From Chloroflexota bacterium (GTDB lineage Bacteria; Chloroflexota; Dehalococcoidia; Dehalococcoidales; RBG-16-60-22), in contig JAHJTL010000097.1 in the NCBI GenBank assembly GCA_018829775.1, positions 15,658-79,657 on the forward strand: a DNA stretch of 64,000 nt, given 5' to 3'. The notes under the pieces were generated by a model. The model did no database searches. It worked only from the letters and a program-made list of their open reading frames with translations, and had not been told where the DNA came from. Shown here piece after piece: positions 54,398 to 63,113 of the stretch. Numbering within the stretch: position 1 is the stretch's first letter; every line of letters starts with the position of its first letter. Both the position numbers and the translations under genes were made by a program.

Positions 54398-55648
54398 TCA
54401 TTCATAGTGCAGCGCGTCAATAGGGTTGAGTCGGGCGGCTTTCCAGGCCGGCCATACACCGGAGAGAAGCCCGATGGTTAACGAGACCACAAAGGCCAGT
54501 ATGATGATGTCAGCGGAGACAGCTGCGGCCAGTTTGAAACCGCCGATGTCTAACTGTGAAATCGCCCAGGATAGAAGCCAGCCCCCGGTGATACCGATAC
54601 CGCCGCCGACAAAGCCCAGCGTTGCCGCCTCAATGAGGAATTGCATTAGAATATCGCGGCGTTTGGCCCCCACCGCTTTGCGGATCCCGATCTCCCGAGT
54701 CCGCTCCGTAACGGAGACGAGCATGATGTTCATGATGCCGATACTGCCCACCAGCAGTGAGATGCTGGCGATGGCGCCCAGGACGATGGAGAATATCCCT
54801 GTTACCTGGCCGACGATTTCCAGTACCTGTTCCTGGCTGACTATGGCAAAATCATTCTTATCATCGCCCTTCAATTTGTGGCGGCGGCGCAAAACGGATT
54901 CAATTTCCTCGGTGACCTCTTCACTGAGTTCCAGGTCGGTAAGCTGGAAACTTATTGAAGCAACTGCGTCCTCGCCGGTGGCGGTCTTCTGGGGGAAGAG
55001 CCTCGTCTGGTAGGTGGTGATGGGCACAATCACGACATCATCAAAGCTGACACCGAACATCGCGCCGCCTTTGGCCTCGAGAACGCCAATGACGGTAAAA
55101 CGCTGTTTCTTCATTTTTACCTGCTTGCCTACGGCTTCATCGTCACCAAACAGGTCTTCGGCCACTCCGCTGCCCACGACGACCACGTTGGCACGCTGTG
55201 CCACGTGATGGTCGGTAAAAAACTGTCCGGACGCCACCGAATATTTCATAACATCCAGATATACCGGAGTCGCTCCATGAAGCAGTCCTCTCTTGGTTTC
55301 GCCATCCGCGGTTAGGGTGATGAAATTCTCGTTTACCGGGGCGATATTGTCGATGCCGTTGACGTTCTCCAGGGCACGGGCATCATCCATGGTGAGCGTT
55401 GGTGGCGCATATGCCGGAGACAAAGAGAACCCTCCCTCCACTTCAGGGTTGCGGGGCATTATCGTAAGTACGTTAGCACCCAATTCCTCATAAGCGGAGG
55501 TAATGGTAGCCTCGGCGCCCCTGGCCACTGACATGAGCGTGATGACTGACCCCACCCCGATGATTATGCCCAGCATGGTCAGCGAAGACCGCAGCTTGTT
55601 GGCGAATAGCGACCTGATGGCGATGACAATAGAATCTACAAATTTCAA
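54398..55648 (-). CDS. ABC transporter permease, MacB/FtsX type
   Basis: TM1, large periplasmic MacB_PCD-like domain, C-terminal FtsX 3-TM bundle (TERTREIGIRKAVGA). Confidence 0.88.
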   Translation of the reverse strand: MKFVDSIVIAIRSLFANKLRSSLTMLGIIIGVGSVITLMSVARGAEATITSAYEELGANVLTIMPRNPEVEGGFSLSPAYAPPTLTMDDARALENVNGIDNIAPVNENFITLTADGETKRGLLHGATPVYLDVMKYSVASGQFFTDHHVAQRANVVVVGSGVAEDLFGDDEAVGKQVKMKKQRFTVIGVLEAKGGAMFGVSFDDVVIVPITTYQTRLFPQKTATGEDAVASISFQLTDLELSEEVTEEIESVLRRRHKLKGDDKNDFAIVSQEQVLEIVGQVTGIFSIVLGAIASISLLVGSIGIMNIMLVSVTERTREIGIRKAVGAKRRDILMQFLIEAATLGFVGGGIGITGGWLLSWAISQLDIGGFKLAAAVSADIIILAFVVSLTIGLLSGVWPAWKAARLNPIDALHYE

Positions 55649-55674
55649 TTATGTCTCCTGCTGTTTAATTGATA

Positions 55675-56388
55675 TTAAACGCCGATATCTTTTCGTTTGC
55701 GTATTATTTCATCATTGTGCGTAACTTTTTCGTCGCTGATAATCCTGCCGTCCAGCAGGCGTATTATGCGCTGGGTCTGCGTGGCAATGTCCATTTCATG
55801 CGTGACCAGAATGACGGTAATCCCTTCCTTGTGAAGCTGGGAAAAGATGCGGATAATCTCCGTGGTGACGGCACTATCCAGGTTGCCCGTAGGCTCATCC
55901 GCCAGAATAAGTGAAGGATTGTTCACCAGTGCCCGGGCAATGGCCACGCGCTGCTGCTCGCCGCCGGAGAGTTCGGTGGGTTTATGGGTGGCCCGTTCTC
56001 CCAGCCCAACCCTTTCCAACGCTTCCAGGCTTCTCTTGCGCCGCCCTCCGCCGCCACTGTATATTAAAGGCAGTTCCACATTGGAAAGGGCCGAGGCGCG
56101 CGGAAGGAGATTAAACGTCTGGAAGACAAAGCCGATTTTCTTGTTTCTAAACTCGGCGAGCTTGTTATCATTGAGCCGGCTGACATCCGTACCTTCCAGC
56201 ATATATTTGCCTGCAGTAGGCTTGTCCAGAAAGCCGATGATGTTCATCAGTGTTGACTTTCCTGAACCGGACGCCCCAACGATAGCCACCATGTCTCCCT
56301 GATTGATGGTCAGGTCTATTCCCCGGAGAGCCGGGACCTCAACCTTGCCCATCCGGTAGATTTTGGTGATATTATCAAGCTGGATCAT
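55675..56388 (-). CDS. ABC transporter ATP-binding protein (MacB/LolD-like)
   Basis: Walker [11 protein letters not shown]-loop, signature [15 protein letters not shown], Walker [12 protein letters not shown]. Confidence 0.93.
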   Translation of the reverse strand: MIQLDNITKIYRMGKVEVPALRGIDLTINQGDMVAIVGASGSGKSTLMNIIGFLDKPTAGKYMLEGTDVSRLNDNKLAEFRNKKIGFVFQTFNLLPRASALSNVELPLIYSGGGGRRKRSLEALERVGLGERATHKPTELSGGEQQRVAIARALVNNPSLILADEPTGNLDSAVTTEIIRIFSQLHKEGITVILVTHEMDIATQTQRIIRLLDGRIISDEKVTHNDEIIRKRKDIGV

Positions 56389-56447
56389 TTGGTGCTCCTA
56401 TTCTTAATAATCTCAAATAACGCGGTCAGTATAAAACATGCCCGATA

Positions 56448-57860
56448 TTACGGGCGTTTACTCCTGGCCAGTATCGTTTCTCCGACCTTGAGGCCGCTGA
56501 TGATTTCCGTATCGAAGCCGTCGCTGATGCCGACTATTACCGGCCTTTCTTCAAGTTCATCGTCCTCAATGACCACGCTGACTACGGGATTACCCTCGCT
56601 ATCTTCGCTGATGGCGCGAGCCGGCACCAGCAAGACATCGGTACGGCTGGCCAGAACGATATCGGCATTAGCACTCATGCCGATCCTCACTCCCGAGTCC
56701 TCCGGTACATCAAGCTCAATTTTAACTTCGTAGACGATAACGCCGCCGATCTCGAGCGGTACCGGATAGATGGTGGTGACCACGCCGCTGTACTCCTCGT
56801 CGGACAGTGCGTCAAGGGTTATAATCACCTCCTGCCCTACCTCCACGTCAGGGATATCGATTTCATCCACTTCCACCACCAGCTCCATACTGGTGGGGTT
56901 AATCAGGCTTATAACCTGTCTGGGCGCCACCGATGGTGACGGTATCGTATCGCCTTCTTCCGCGGTGATACTGGCCACCATGCCATCGAATGGGGCAGTG
57001 ATGATTCCTTCTTTCAGGTCTTTCTTCGTCTGTTCCAGAGATTGCCGGGCCAGTGCCACCGCCTGTTTGTTTTGCTCAACGGCTGCTCTGGCTGCCTCAA
57101 TCTGCAGTTCCTTTATGGCGATGTCCTCATTCATCCCATCGAGGTTTTTCTGGGCCTGGGCTTCGGCCAGTTCGGCCGCCTCCAGCTGCAGCTTGGCGAT
57201 GGCTACTTCTTCGGTATCATAGGTGCTTCTTTTAACGTCCAGCACTGCCTCTGCTATGTCTAATCTTCTTTGTGCATATTCCACCGTTGGCGTGGGCAGG
57301 CCTTGGTCAAGCGCATACTCTAGGAATGCCTTGGCGTTGTCCACGTCTTTCTGCGCTGTCTCAATGTCCGGCCAGGTGTATATATCCTGGGTTTCATCAA
57401 CATGGTGCTCAGCCGACCTCACGTTTATCTGGGCATTGAACAAAGCCAGCTCCAGCCCATCTTGCTGGTCCAGAACATTATCCAGATTGTATTCCGCGAT
57501 TTTCTGGCTCAGCTCTGCCTGGATGAGCGCTACCTCGGCCTGGGTAAGCGCATACTGGGCCTGGTCCCTGGCCAGTTCCAGAGAGTCAGTATCGAGTTCC
57601 GCCAGAATTTTACCTTTGGTAACCCGGTCACCTTCCTCAACATATATCCTGGCGATGCGACCACCGCTGCCAAAGCTCAGATTGGCATCCTCTGATGTCT
57701 CTATGTTGCCGCTACCGCTGACCGTAACGAACAGGTCTCCCTTTTCCACTTCAACATACTGTTCTGCCTCTTCCTCGCCCTCCCCCAGGGGATTGCAGGC
57801 AGTAACCGCTATTAAGATGAGCAGGAGTAGAAAAGCGGCGATGATTCGTACTTTTTTCAT
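56448..57860 (-). CDS. Efflux periplasmic adaptor (HlyD/MacA family) lipoprotein
   Basis: Lipobox LIAVTAC, biotinyl-lipoyl-like segments flanking a long coiled-coil hairpin, beta-barrel C-terminus. Confidence 0.8.
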   Translation of the reverse strand: MKKVRIIAAFLLLLILIAVTACNPLGEGEEEAEQYVEVEKGDLFVTVSGSGNIETSEDANLSFGSGGRIARIYVEEGDRVTKGKILAELDTDSLELARDQAQYALTQAEVALIQAELSQKIAEYNLDNVLDQQDGLELALFNAQINVRSAEHHVDETQDIYTWPDIETAQKDVDNAKAFLEYALDQGLPTPTVEYAQRRLDIAEAVLDVKRSTYDTEEVAIAKLQLEAAELAEAQAQKNLDGMNEDIAIKELQIEAARAAVEQNKQAVALARQSLEQTKKDLKEGIITAPFDGMVASITAEEGDTIPSPSVAPRQVISLINPTSMELVVEVDEIDIPDVEVGQEVIITLDALSDEEYSGVVTTIYPVPLEIGGVIVYEVKIELDVPEDSGVRIGMSANADIVLASRTDVLLVPARAISEDSEGNPVVSVVIEDDELEERPVIVGISDGFDTEIISGLKVGETILARSKRP

Positions 57861-57908
57861 TCTGTGTCCTCCTAGGTAAGCACATCGTGCCTTGCTAATG
57901 ACTTCACT

Positions 57909-58391
57909 CTACTGCTTGGTTACCTTCTGGTGTTCTTTCTCCCATCTTTCCAGCAGGGTGGGGAACTCGTGCTCCAGAAAGGTATACACATCGCGCATCT
58001 CCACCAGCCATTTCCTCGTCACGGGGGTCTTATCGCCAAGCAGTTCAAGCCCGTGTTCGGCAAGCTGCCGGACCATTTTAATTTCTTCAGTAAGTCCACG
58101 ACCTACCATATGCTGCCAGGCATCGGAGCGCAGACGGAAGTAATCATGCCTGACACCGGGCAAGCTGAGACGTTCGATAAGGCCGATCTGGATGAGGAGA
58201 CGGGTCATGGTGCTGATGGAACCCTTGCTGGCCATTAAGGCTTTGGTAAGCTCTTCGGGTGATTGGTGCGGGGGGTCAGAGATGAGAAGCCAGCCCAGAA
58301 TACGGCCGGCCATCCGGGGCATACCCGTTTGCTCGAAAACTATGCCAACTTCTTCCGCAAACTGTTTATCTTTGGTCTGACTGTCTTCCAT
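57909..58391 (-). CDS. GbsR/MarR-family transcriptional regulator
   Basis: MPRMAGRILGWLLISDPPHQSPEELTKALMASKGSISTMTRLLIQIGLIER, a winged HTH of the GbsR type. Confidence 0.7.
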   Translation of the reverse strand: MEDSQTKDKQFAEEVGIVFEQTGMPRMAGRILGWLLISDPPHQSPEELTKALMASKGSISTMTRLLIQIGLIERLSLPGVRHDYFRLRSDAWQHMVGRGLTEEIKMVRQLAEHGLELLGDKTPVTRKWLVEMRDVYTFLEHEFPTLLERWEKEHQKVTKQ

Positions 58392-58424
58392 CCACCTTAC
58401 CCCGGTTCTATTTCTTTGCTCATT

Positions 58425-58453
58425 ATTATAGTGAGTATAGAACGTTTTGTCAA
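58425..58453 (-). promoter_or_regulatory. Consensus sigma-70 promoter (TTGACA-17-TATAAT) for the regulator/efflux genes
   Basis: Minus-strand TTGACA (58453-58448), 17-nt spacer, TATAAT (58430-58425). An AT-rich UP-like tract lies upstream. Confidence 0.6.
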
Positions 58454-58529
58454 GACTGAACGTATTGAATTTAAAGAATTTAATAAAAATTTAACAAAAA
58501 GATTTAAAGCCATGCAGGATTGCAGCAGG

Positions 58530-59330
58530 TTATTTGCCGAGTTCTCTGGCTCTGCGATAGGCAGCCTCGACTGCCTGCTGAACCAGTTCGCGAAAGTGCC
58601 CGTTTTCAAACTGCTGCAGGGCGGCGGCGGTGGTACCACCGGGTGAAGTGACCATACGGCGCAATTCGGCAGGGGATTTCCCGGATTTCTGGAGCAGATG
58701 GCCGGAACCGAGCATGGTCTGAAGCACCAGTTCCTGTGCCGTATCCTCGGAAAACCCGACCCTGGCCGCAGCTTCAACCAGGCACTCAACAAAGAGGAAA
58801 AAGTAGGCCGGGCCGCTACCGCTCACCGCTGTGGCCATATCGAGATATCCCTCATCAGCGACAAAGATCTCCTTGCCCATGGTGCTCAGGATGGCTCTCG
58901 CCTGTTCTTTCTGAATTTCTGTCACCTCAGGAGTGGCGGTCCAGACGCTGATTCCTTCGCCAATCTGGGCCGGCGTATTAGGCATTACGCGAATGACTTG
59001 GCGATGGTCAAAACCTTTACATAATGTCTCAACTCTAGCTCCAGCGATGATAGAAAGGACAAGCTGGCCTGCTCTAATCTGGCCGCTTAGCTCGGGTATT
59101 AGTTCGGGCAGGTTCTGCGGTTTGATGGCAAGAATAATGATGTCGCCATGACCAGCCGCCTCAGCATTGTTATCAGTCACGGAAATTCCGTAGGTCTGCT
59201 TCAGGTACTGGCGGCGTTCCTCCTTAATGTCGCTGACCCAGACGGCCTGCGGAGTGCTCAGGCCACGGTTCAGAGCGGCGGCCAGTATTGCTTCCCCCAT
59301 CGCCCCGCCGCCGATGAAAGCTATCTTCAC
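58530..59330 (-). CDS. proC: Pyrroline-5-carboxylate reductase
   Basis: IAFIGGGAMGEA, ILAIKPQ, MPNTPAQIG, GSGPAYFF, SPGGTTAAAL. Confidence 0.93.
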   Translation of the reverse strand: MKIAFIGGGAMGEAILAAALNRGLSTPQAVWVSDIKEERRQYLKQTYGISVTDNNAEAAGHGDIIILAIKPQNLPELIPELSGQIRAGQLVLSIIAGARVETLCKGFDHRQVIRVMPNTPAQIGEGISVWTATPEVTEIQKEQARAILSTMGKEIFVADEGYLDMATAVSGSGPAYFFLFVECLVEAAARVGFSEDTAQELVLQTMLGSGHLLQKSGKSPAELRRMVTSPGGTTAAALQQFENGHFRELVQQAVEAAYRRARELGK

Positions 59331-59343
59331 TTTGCTTCACCCC

Positions 59344-61800
59344 TTACTTCACCACGAAATTGTACAGTCCGTGGACATATATTTCCTTGACGACTTCTTT
59401 CCCCTTCAGGTGTGGCTGTACCCGCATTGATTCCGCAGCAATTTGTCTAGCTTCAACCTCGGTGGTAGACGCCGGCACGGCGATGCGGTCGCGGAGCTTG
59501 CCGTTCACCTGGACCACCAGTGTGATTTCCTCATCCTTGGCCAGTTCCTCATTCCACTGCGGCCAGAGCTGGTTGTGGATGCTATACTGACGACCTGTCC
59601 TCTCCCAGAGTTCTTCGGTGAGGTGGGGGGCGGTAGGCGCTAGGAGCCGGAGCAGGGTATCAATTGACTCTTCCCACACCGGAGTGCTGACGGAGCCGGC
59701 CTCCTTTATTCCGGTGAGGCAATTGGTGAACTCCATCAACGCCGATAGCATGATATTGAAGCGGAATTTTTCTATGTCCCGAGTTACCCGCCTGATGGTC
59801 TGATGGGTAAAACGGGATAATTCTCTCTCCGCTTTCTCTGTGCTGTCAGGCGTCGCCTTTTCGCTGACCTGATAGCCACCGAGCGCCAGCTGCCATATCC
59901 GGTTCAGCCAGCGGCTGATGCCGCTGATGCTGCTGTCATTCCACTCGCCACCCTGCTCCCATGGTGCCAGGAACATGAGGTAAGCCCGTACTGCGTCTGC
60001 GCCCAGCTCGGCTACATAATCGTCCGGGGTAATCACGTTGCCGAGCGACTTGCTCATCTTCTGCTTCTCGGCGATGATAATCCCCTGGTTGAAGAGGCGG
60101 GTAAAAGGCTCATCGAAGTCGACTATTCCAATGTCGCGCAGTGCCTTTATAAAGAAACGGGAGTAGAGCAGGTGCATCACGGCGTGTTCCGCTCCGCCGG
60201 TATAGAGGTCCACCGGCATCCAGAACTTAAGCTTATTATCGTCAAAGGGGGCATCGTTGGTGTCAGGGCTGGTATAGCGCAGGAAATACCACGAAGAGCA
60301 CATAAAAGTATCCATGGTATCCGTCTCGCGCTTGCCGGGCCCTCCACAGCGCGGACAGGTGGTATTGACAAACTGCTCGTGGTATTTCAGTGGTGATTCG
60401 CCGGTCGGCCTGAACTCGGCATCTTCGGGCAATAATACGGGCAGGTCTGCCTCGGGGACGGGGACAATGCCGCATTTATCGCAGTAGACCATTGGGATGG
60501 GGGCACCCCAGTAACGCTGGCGCGAAATAAGCCAGTCCCGCAGCCGGTAGCTGACAGTCCGTTTGCCCCAGCCTTTCTCCTCGAGGAAATCGGAAACAGC
60601 CTCGATGCCCTGCTTGCTGGGGATACCGTCGAACTGGCCGGAGTTCACCAGTGTTCCTTCTTCGATGTAGGCCTCTTCCAGCTCTTCACCCTGCCAACCC
60701 GGCGGCGCGATAACCACGGGTATTGGGATATCGTACTTCCTGGCGAAGAGGAAATCACGCTCGTCATGGGCCGGTACGCCCATCACCGCTCCCGTGCCGT
60801 AGCTCAAAAGCACGTAGTCGGCAATCCAGATGGGAACTTTCTCTCCGTTCAGACGGTTGGTGCAGTATGACCCGATAAAGACGCCGTCCTTTTCTTTCTC
60901 GGTGGATAATCTCTCTATTTCGCTCAGCTGTCTTGATTTGGCAATATATGCGTCAACCTCAGCTTTTTTATCCGGCGTGGTCAGCACGGAAACCAGCGGG
61001 TGCTCGGGCGCGAACACCATGAAGGTGACGCCGAAAGTGGTGTCCGGACGGGTGGTGAAGACCCGGATCTCTTTTTCCGGTACGCCCGGGTGGTCAAGGG
61101 CAAAGGATATTTCCGTTCCCTCGCTTCTGCCTATCCAGTTGCGCTGCATGATTTGAATACGTTCCGGCCAGTCGATGCCGTCGAAATTCATCAGTTCATC
61201 GGCGTATTTGGTGATGCGGAAGAACCACTGCTCAAGGTCGCGACGGGTAACCGCGGTATTACATCGCTCGCAGAAACCGCTAGCCAGCACCTGCTCGTTG
61301 GCGAGCACCGTCTGGCACTTGGGACACCAGTTCACCGGAGCTTTGCCACGATAGGCCAGGCCGGCTTCATACAGCTTCAGGAAAAACCACTCCGTCCACC
61401 TGTAGTACTCGGGAAGGCAGGTGACCACTTCCCGGCTCCAGTCGTAGATAGCGCCGATGTTCCGGAGCTGGCGGCGCATGTTCTCAATGTTCTGCATGGT
61501 CCAGGTGAAAGGGTGAATACCGCGCTGGATAGCGGCGTTCTCGGCAGGAAGGCCGAAGGCATCAAAGCCCATCGGGTGGAGAACGTTATAACCCTGCATT
61601 CGCTTGAAGCGGGCGCGGACGTCCGACGGCGCCATGGCATACCAGTGCCCGATGTGAAGGTCTCCGGACGGGTAGGGGTACATGGTCAGCGCGTACCATT
61701 TCGGCCTCGGGTCATCATCGCTGACCTGGTAGAGTTTGTCTTTTTCCCAGCGCTGCTGCCATTTCGCCTCGATTTCCTGAGGGTTGTACCTGTCTATCAT
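59344..61800 (-). CDS. leuS: Leucyl-tRNA synthetase
   Basis: YPSGDLHIGH (HIGH), CP1 editing domain, KMSKS, 818 aa. Confidence 0.97.
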   Translation of the reverse strand: MIDRYNPQEIEAKWQQRWEKDKLYQVSDDDPRPKWYALTMYPYPSGDLHIGHWYAMAPSDVRARFKRMQGYNVLHPMGFDAFGLPAENAAIQRGIHPFTWTMQNIENMRRQLRNIGAIYDWSREVVTCLPEYYRWTEWFFLKLYEAGLAYRGKAPVNWCPKCQTVLANEQVLASGFCERCNTAVTRRDLEQWFFRITKYADELMNFDGIDWPERIQIMQRNWIGRSEGTEISFALDHPGVPEKEIRVFTTRPDTTFGVTFMVFAPEHPLVSVLTTPDKKAEVDAYIAKSRQLSEIERLSTEKEKDGVFIGSYCTNRLNGEKVPIWIADYVLLSYGTGAVMGVPAHDERDFLFARKYDIPIPVVIAPPGWQGEELEEAYIEEGTLVNSGQFDGIPSKQGIEAVSDFLEEKGWGKRTVSYRLRDWLISRQRYWGAPIPMVYCDKCGIVPVPEADLPVLLPEDAEFRPTGESPLKYHEQFVNTTCPRCGGPGKRETDTMDTFMCSSWYFLRYTSPDTNDAPFDDNKLKFWMPVDLYTGGAEHAVMHLLYSRFFIKALRDIGIVDFDEPFTRLFNQGIIIAEKQKMSKSLGNVITPDDYVAELGADAVRAYLMFLAPWEQGGEWNDSSISGISRWLNRIWQLALGGYQVSEKATPDSTEKAERELSRFTHQTIRRVTRDIEKFRFNIMLSALMEFTNCLTGIKEAGSVSTPVWEESIDTLLRLLAPTAPHLTEELWERTGRQYSIHNQLWPQWNEELAKDEEITLVVQVNGKLRDRIAVPASTTEVEARQIAAESMRVQPHLKGKEVVKEIYVHGLYNFVVK

Positions 61801-61878
61801 CTATCCTCCGTTGCCAGAACGGTATCCAGATACCTGAACACGTAATAAATGAATCAAAGAAAGGAGATATTTGTGAAA

Positions 61879-61897
61879 AGAGGGGTATAACCCCTCT
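61879..61897 (-). terminator. Intrinsic-terminator-like hairpin inside the leuS leader
   Basis: The minus-strand RNA is AGAGGGGU-UAU-ACCCCUCU followed by UUUUC, about 80 nt upstream of the leuS ATG and downstream of a candidate TTGACG-18-TAGACT promoter (61961-61932). Confidence 0.4.
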
Positions 61898-61999
61898 CAT
61901 GACGCTCACCTTCCTCTTAGTTCACTACATAAGTCTAGCTCAATTGACCGAGGCTCGTCAATAAGCTGGCCTTTGCGCAGTCGAGGGGTTTTAAAAAGC

Positions 62000-62040
62000 A
62001 GAGAGACTGGATACTCATACGCTCGCTATCCAGTCTCTCT
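62000..62040 (-). terminator. Intrinsic terminator of the small Zn-ribbon gene
   Basis: 14-bp perfect stem AGAGAGACTGGATA / TATCCAGTCTCTCT with a 13-nt loop. On the minus strand it is followed by GCTTTTTAAAA. Confidence 0.7.
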
Positions 62041-62072
62041 TATATTGTTTACTTTATAAAATTGAGATTGGT

Positions 62073-62213
62073 TTAAGCTTTCCCAATTCGGAACATTTTG
62101 GTGCCGCATACGGGGCATACACCCTGAGTTGCCGGTTTGCCATTCTTCATGGTGATTTGCCTGGCGTCTTTCATCTCCCTTTTGGAGCGGCACTTCACAC
62201 AATATGCCTGCAT
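62073..62213 (-). CDS. 46-aa Zn-ribbon protein (DUF5679-like), absent from the ORF track
   Basis: Minus-strand translation MQAYCVKCRSKREMKDARQITMKNGKPATQGVCPVCGTKMFRIGKA. ATG preceded by AAAGGAGGG, with a terminator hairpin about 30 nt downstream. Confidence 0.75.
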   Translation of the reverse strand: MQAYCVKCRSKREMKDARQITMKNGKPATQGVCPVCGTKMFRIGKA

Positions 62214-62459
62214 AATTTCCCTCCTTTAGTTTATTAGGATTAGTAGCAAGAATAAACTATTCCTTCCGTGTTGTCAATAGCCACAACGGTCAAAAAGGAA
62301 TGAATTTGAGTGTTACGTGGCAAAAAAATCCTGTAGACTGGGCTCATTTCTTATCTAGCCTCTGTCCTATGGCCTCATACTTGTCCGCAGCCAGAGTGTG
62401 AACGTTGCTCATCCTCTAAAATATCAACTATAATTAGTCGATTCGGGGCGAAAATAGCA

Positions 62460-63098
62460 GTGAAAATCATACTCACGGTTATTGGGGTCGTTATTCTTAT
62501 CCTGGTGCTGCTTCGGTTAGTAAGGAAGTCGACCAATTTTCCGGCACCGGCTTATATCGGGAGGATCCTTGATAGCGATTTCCGGCGCTTTTCCCAACCG
62601 CCCAGAACCATCGTTGAGCGCAGCGGCATTACGCCGGGAATGACTGTCATGGAGCTTGGTTGTGGCAGCGGTGCCTATACCACCTTCATGGCCCGGACGG
62701 TCGGCGAGCAGGGGAAATTATACGCGGTTGATATCCAGCCGGCGATGCTAAGACAGCTTGAGCGCAAGCTGGACAAAGCGGAAAATCAGGATATCAAAAA
62801 TGTCGAGTTGAAAGAGGCGAGTGCCTATGAACTGCCCTTCACCGACGATTTTTTTGACCTGGCGTATATGGTTACCGTGCTCATGGAGATTCCGGATAAA
62901 AGACGAGCACTGCGCGAGGTGAAAAGGGTGCTCAAGCCGGGCGGCATTCTGGCGGTCACCGAATATTTCCCCGACCCTGATTATCCTTTCCGTTCCACGG
63001 TAATCAAACTGGGCAGGCGGGAAGGGTTCATGCTCGATGACACTCAGGGAAACTTCTGGAACTACACGGTCAGGTTTAAGAAACCACTCTCTAGCTAG
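62460..63098 (+). CDS. Class I SAM-dependent methyltransferase with an N-terminal TM helix
   Basis: Motif I VMELGCGSGAYT and post-I/II motifs (AVDIQP, LKPGGILAV). GTG start. Candidate promoter TTGCTC-18-TATAAT at 62405-62434. Confidence 0.8.
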   Translation: MKIILTVIGVVILILVLLRLVRKSTNFPAPAYIGRILDSDFRRFSQPPRTIVERSGITPGMTVMELGCGSGAYTTFMARTVGEQGKLYAVDIQPAMLRQLERKLDKAENQDIKNVELKEASAYELPFTDDFFDLAYMVTVLMEIPDKRRALREVKRVLKPGGILAVTEYFPDPDYPFRSTVIKLGRREGFMLDDTQGNFWNYTVRFKKPLSS

Positions 63099-63113
63099 CG
63101 AAAGGAGTAGACG

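Noticed and set aside
61000-61845. 281-aa ORF antisense to leuS
   Set aside because: It is a shadow ORF opposite a complete LeuRS with HIGH/KMSKS motifs.
61801-62040. Possible T-box leader for leuS
   Set aside because: I could find no T-box 14-mer, AG bulge or specifier-loop pattern. The available leader is too short once the upstream gene's terminator is accounted for.
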